64,000 nt of DNA from Balanoglossus misakiensis (taxonomy: Eukaryota > Animalia > Hemichordata): assembly GCA_040954595.2 (NCBI GenBank), contig CM082598.2:2666001-2730000 (forward strand), given 5' to 3'. Below the pieces are notes generated by a model that was not told the DNA's origin, ran no database searches, and saw nothing but the letters and a program-made list of their open reading frames with translations. Position numbers and translations under genes: made by a program. Positions 62,628-64,000 of the stretch are shown here, piece after piece (the first letter of the stretch is position 1; each line of letters begins with the position of its first letter).

Positions 62628-64000
62628 CTGAGGTGAATTGTAGCACAATTGCGTAGTATAAAACAATATATAATATAGCATGTATATCAAAAAATAATAA
62701 AATAATGATGGTAGGCTCCACCGTGTGTGTGAAGTGTAGGTTGTTCTCATACTAACGTCAATGGATGATAGGAAATAGACTAAATCATTCCAATCTGACT
62801 ATTTGAAATATTTGAGTCATACGTTAACATCTTAATCAATCTATCTCTTTAGACCAACCTGAAAGTCTGTGACACAATGTATTGTAATTTGATCATTATC
62901 GATGTTGATTACATCTAATTACAATTCAGTTGTTTCTCGTCCTTTTTATCAAAACGCGGAATTTTATCAGCACATGGGTTGCCTTACTGTCTCTTTTTAA
63001 TGTACAATGATTGATCTGAAATATTCGTTGTTAAAAATGATTTATTTGTGCGCTCGCAAATATGACTGCATTTATTGGCGAAATTGAAGATGGTGGGCAG
63101 GTGGTTTAAGATAAGGACATCTCGGGGAATTGCACAGGAAAGGAAATAACAGTTGAAATGAGATATAGACAGCCATGTGAATTATTGACTTGCCTAGCAA
63201 AAGCGTATATGCAAAATCGTATAATAAATTTAAGAGTGGTTAGTTTGGTTTTTACTGTTCAATGAAGTTTTAACAGACTGGAAAGTTTTAATGAACTTTC
63301 AAGTTGTTTAATCTTCTTTGGGCATGTAGAACTTTTAACTCATTACTTTCCATTTATTTATTTGTCAATTTGTACAGGTACTGAAGATAACTTGCTTGAA
63401 GGTCACCGTTTTGCTAACAACGGGGTGAAAATGTGTCTTTCTACCATTCATCTTTATATCAAGTCGTCTGACCAATCCTGAACTTCAACCTACAGTTTGA
63501 CGCATGTGCATAGACGGTAAGGGCAAAGTAATTTAACTTTCACGCCTCTTGAAATCATAGAAAGGTTTCCTAAGTACTATTGATGCCATCGCATATGGCT
63601 GTTGCCCCTATGTGTTGCGGCAATGCGTCATATTTATGGGACAGTGTCCTATAAGTTGACAACTTCCTCGCTTTTTTCACAACTACTAAAATGCCAGTCA
63701 CCTGTACAATGTCACGGTGCTCCATCGATCCAGTGTTAGCCCCAAGCAAAACTCAGGCAAATCATAACGATTTGAGTCTATCTGTCTGCATAATCGATAA
63801 CTCGAGAACGGATGATCAGATTTCGACCAAACTTCTTGTTAATTAAGGTCTAATTTGCATATTTAATGAATTTAATAATATAAGTTAGAACTATAAATCT
63901 AGAGTTAGAGTAACTCCGCTGAAGTTTATGTAATTAGCTATAGGTACTAGCAGAAACTAATGTAACTGTAGATAACGTGGGACTTTTGTCACCCATCTGC

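Overview
Intron-containing animal genomic DNA, about 35-40% GC by eye, rich in MITEs and microsatellites. An eight-cysteine octinsulin-type gene points to an ambulacrarian (hemichordate or echinoderm); this is inference. Four spliced genes could be rebuilt by hand with GT-AG introns and continuous frames: (1) a divergent multidomain Bcl-2-family gene (1013-2932, +); (2) a clear Bak orthologue (21550-23877, +); (3) an aromatic amino acid hydroxylase homologue (26666-30144, +); (4) an octinsulin-type prepropeptide (51562-51032, -). The hydroxylase homologue is the most unusual object. It is intact over 9 exons but has only the catalytic domain (no ACT domain, no tetramerization helix), its iron-ligand Glu is replaced by Lys, and several substrate-pocket residues are changed. 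The window also holds two long orphan low-complexity ORFs (40.3-41.8 kb and 46.8-48.1 kb), a young 1735-bp foldback element with ~785-bp arms and a 6-bp target-site duplication, several MITE families, and a probable terminal exon near 62.3-62.6 kb. No database searches were run; comparisons with human genes are from memory and need checking.
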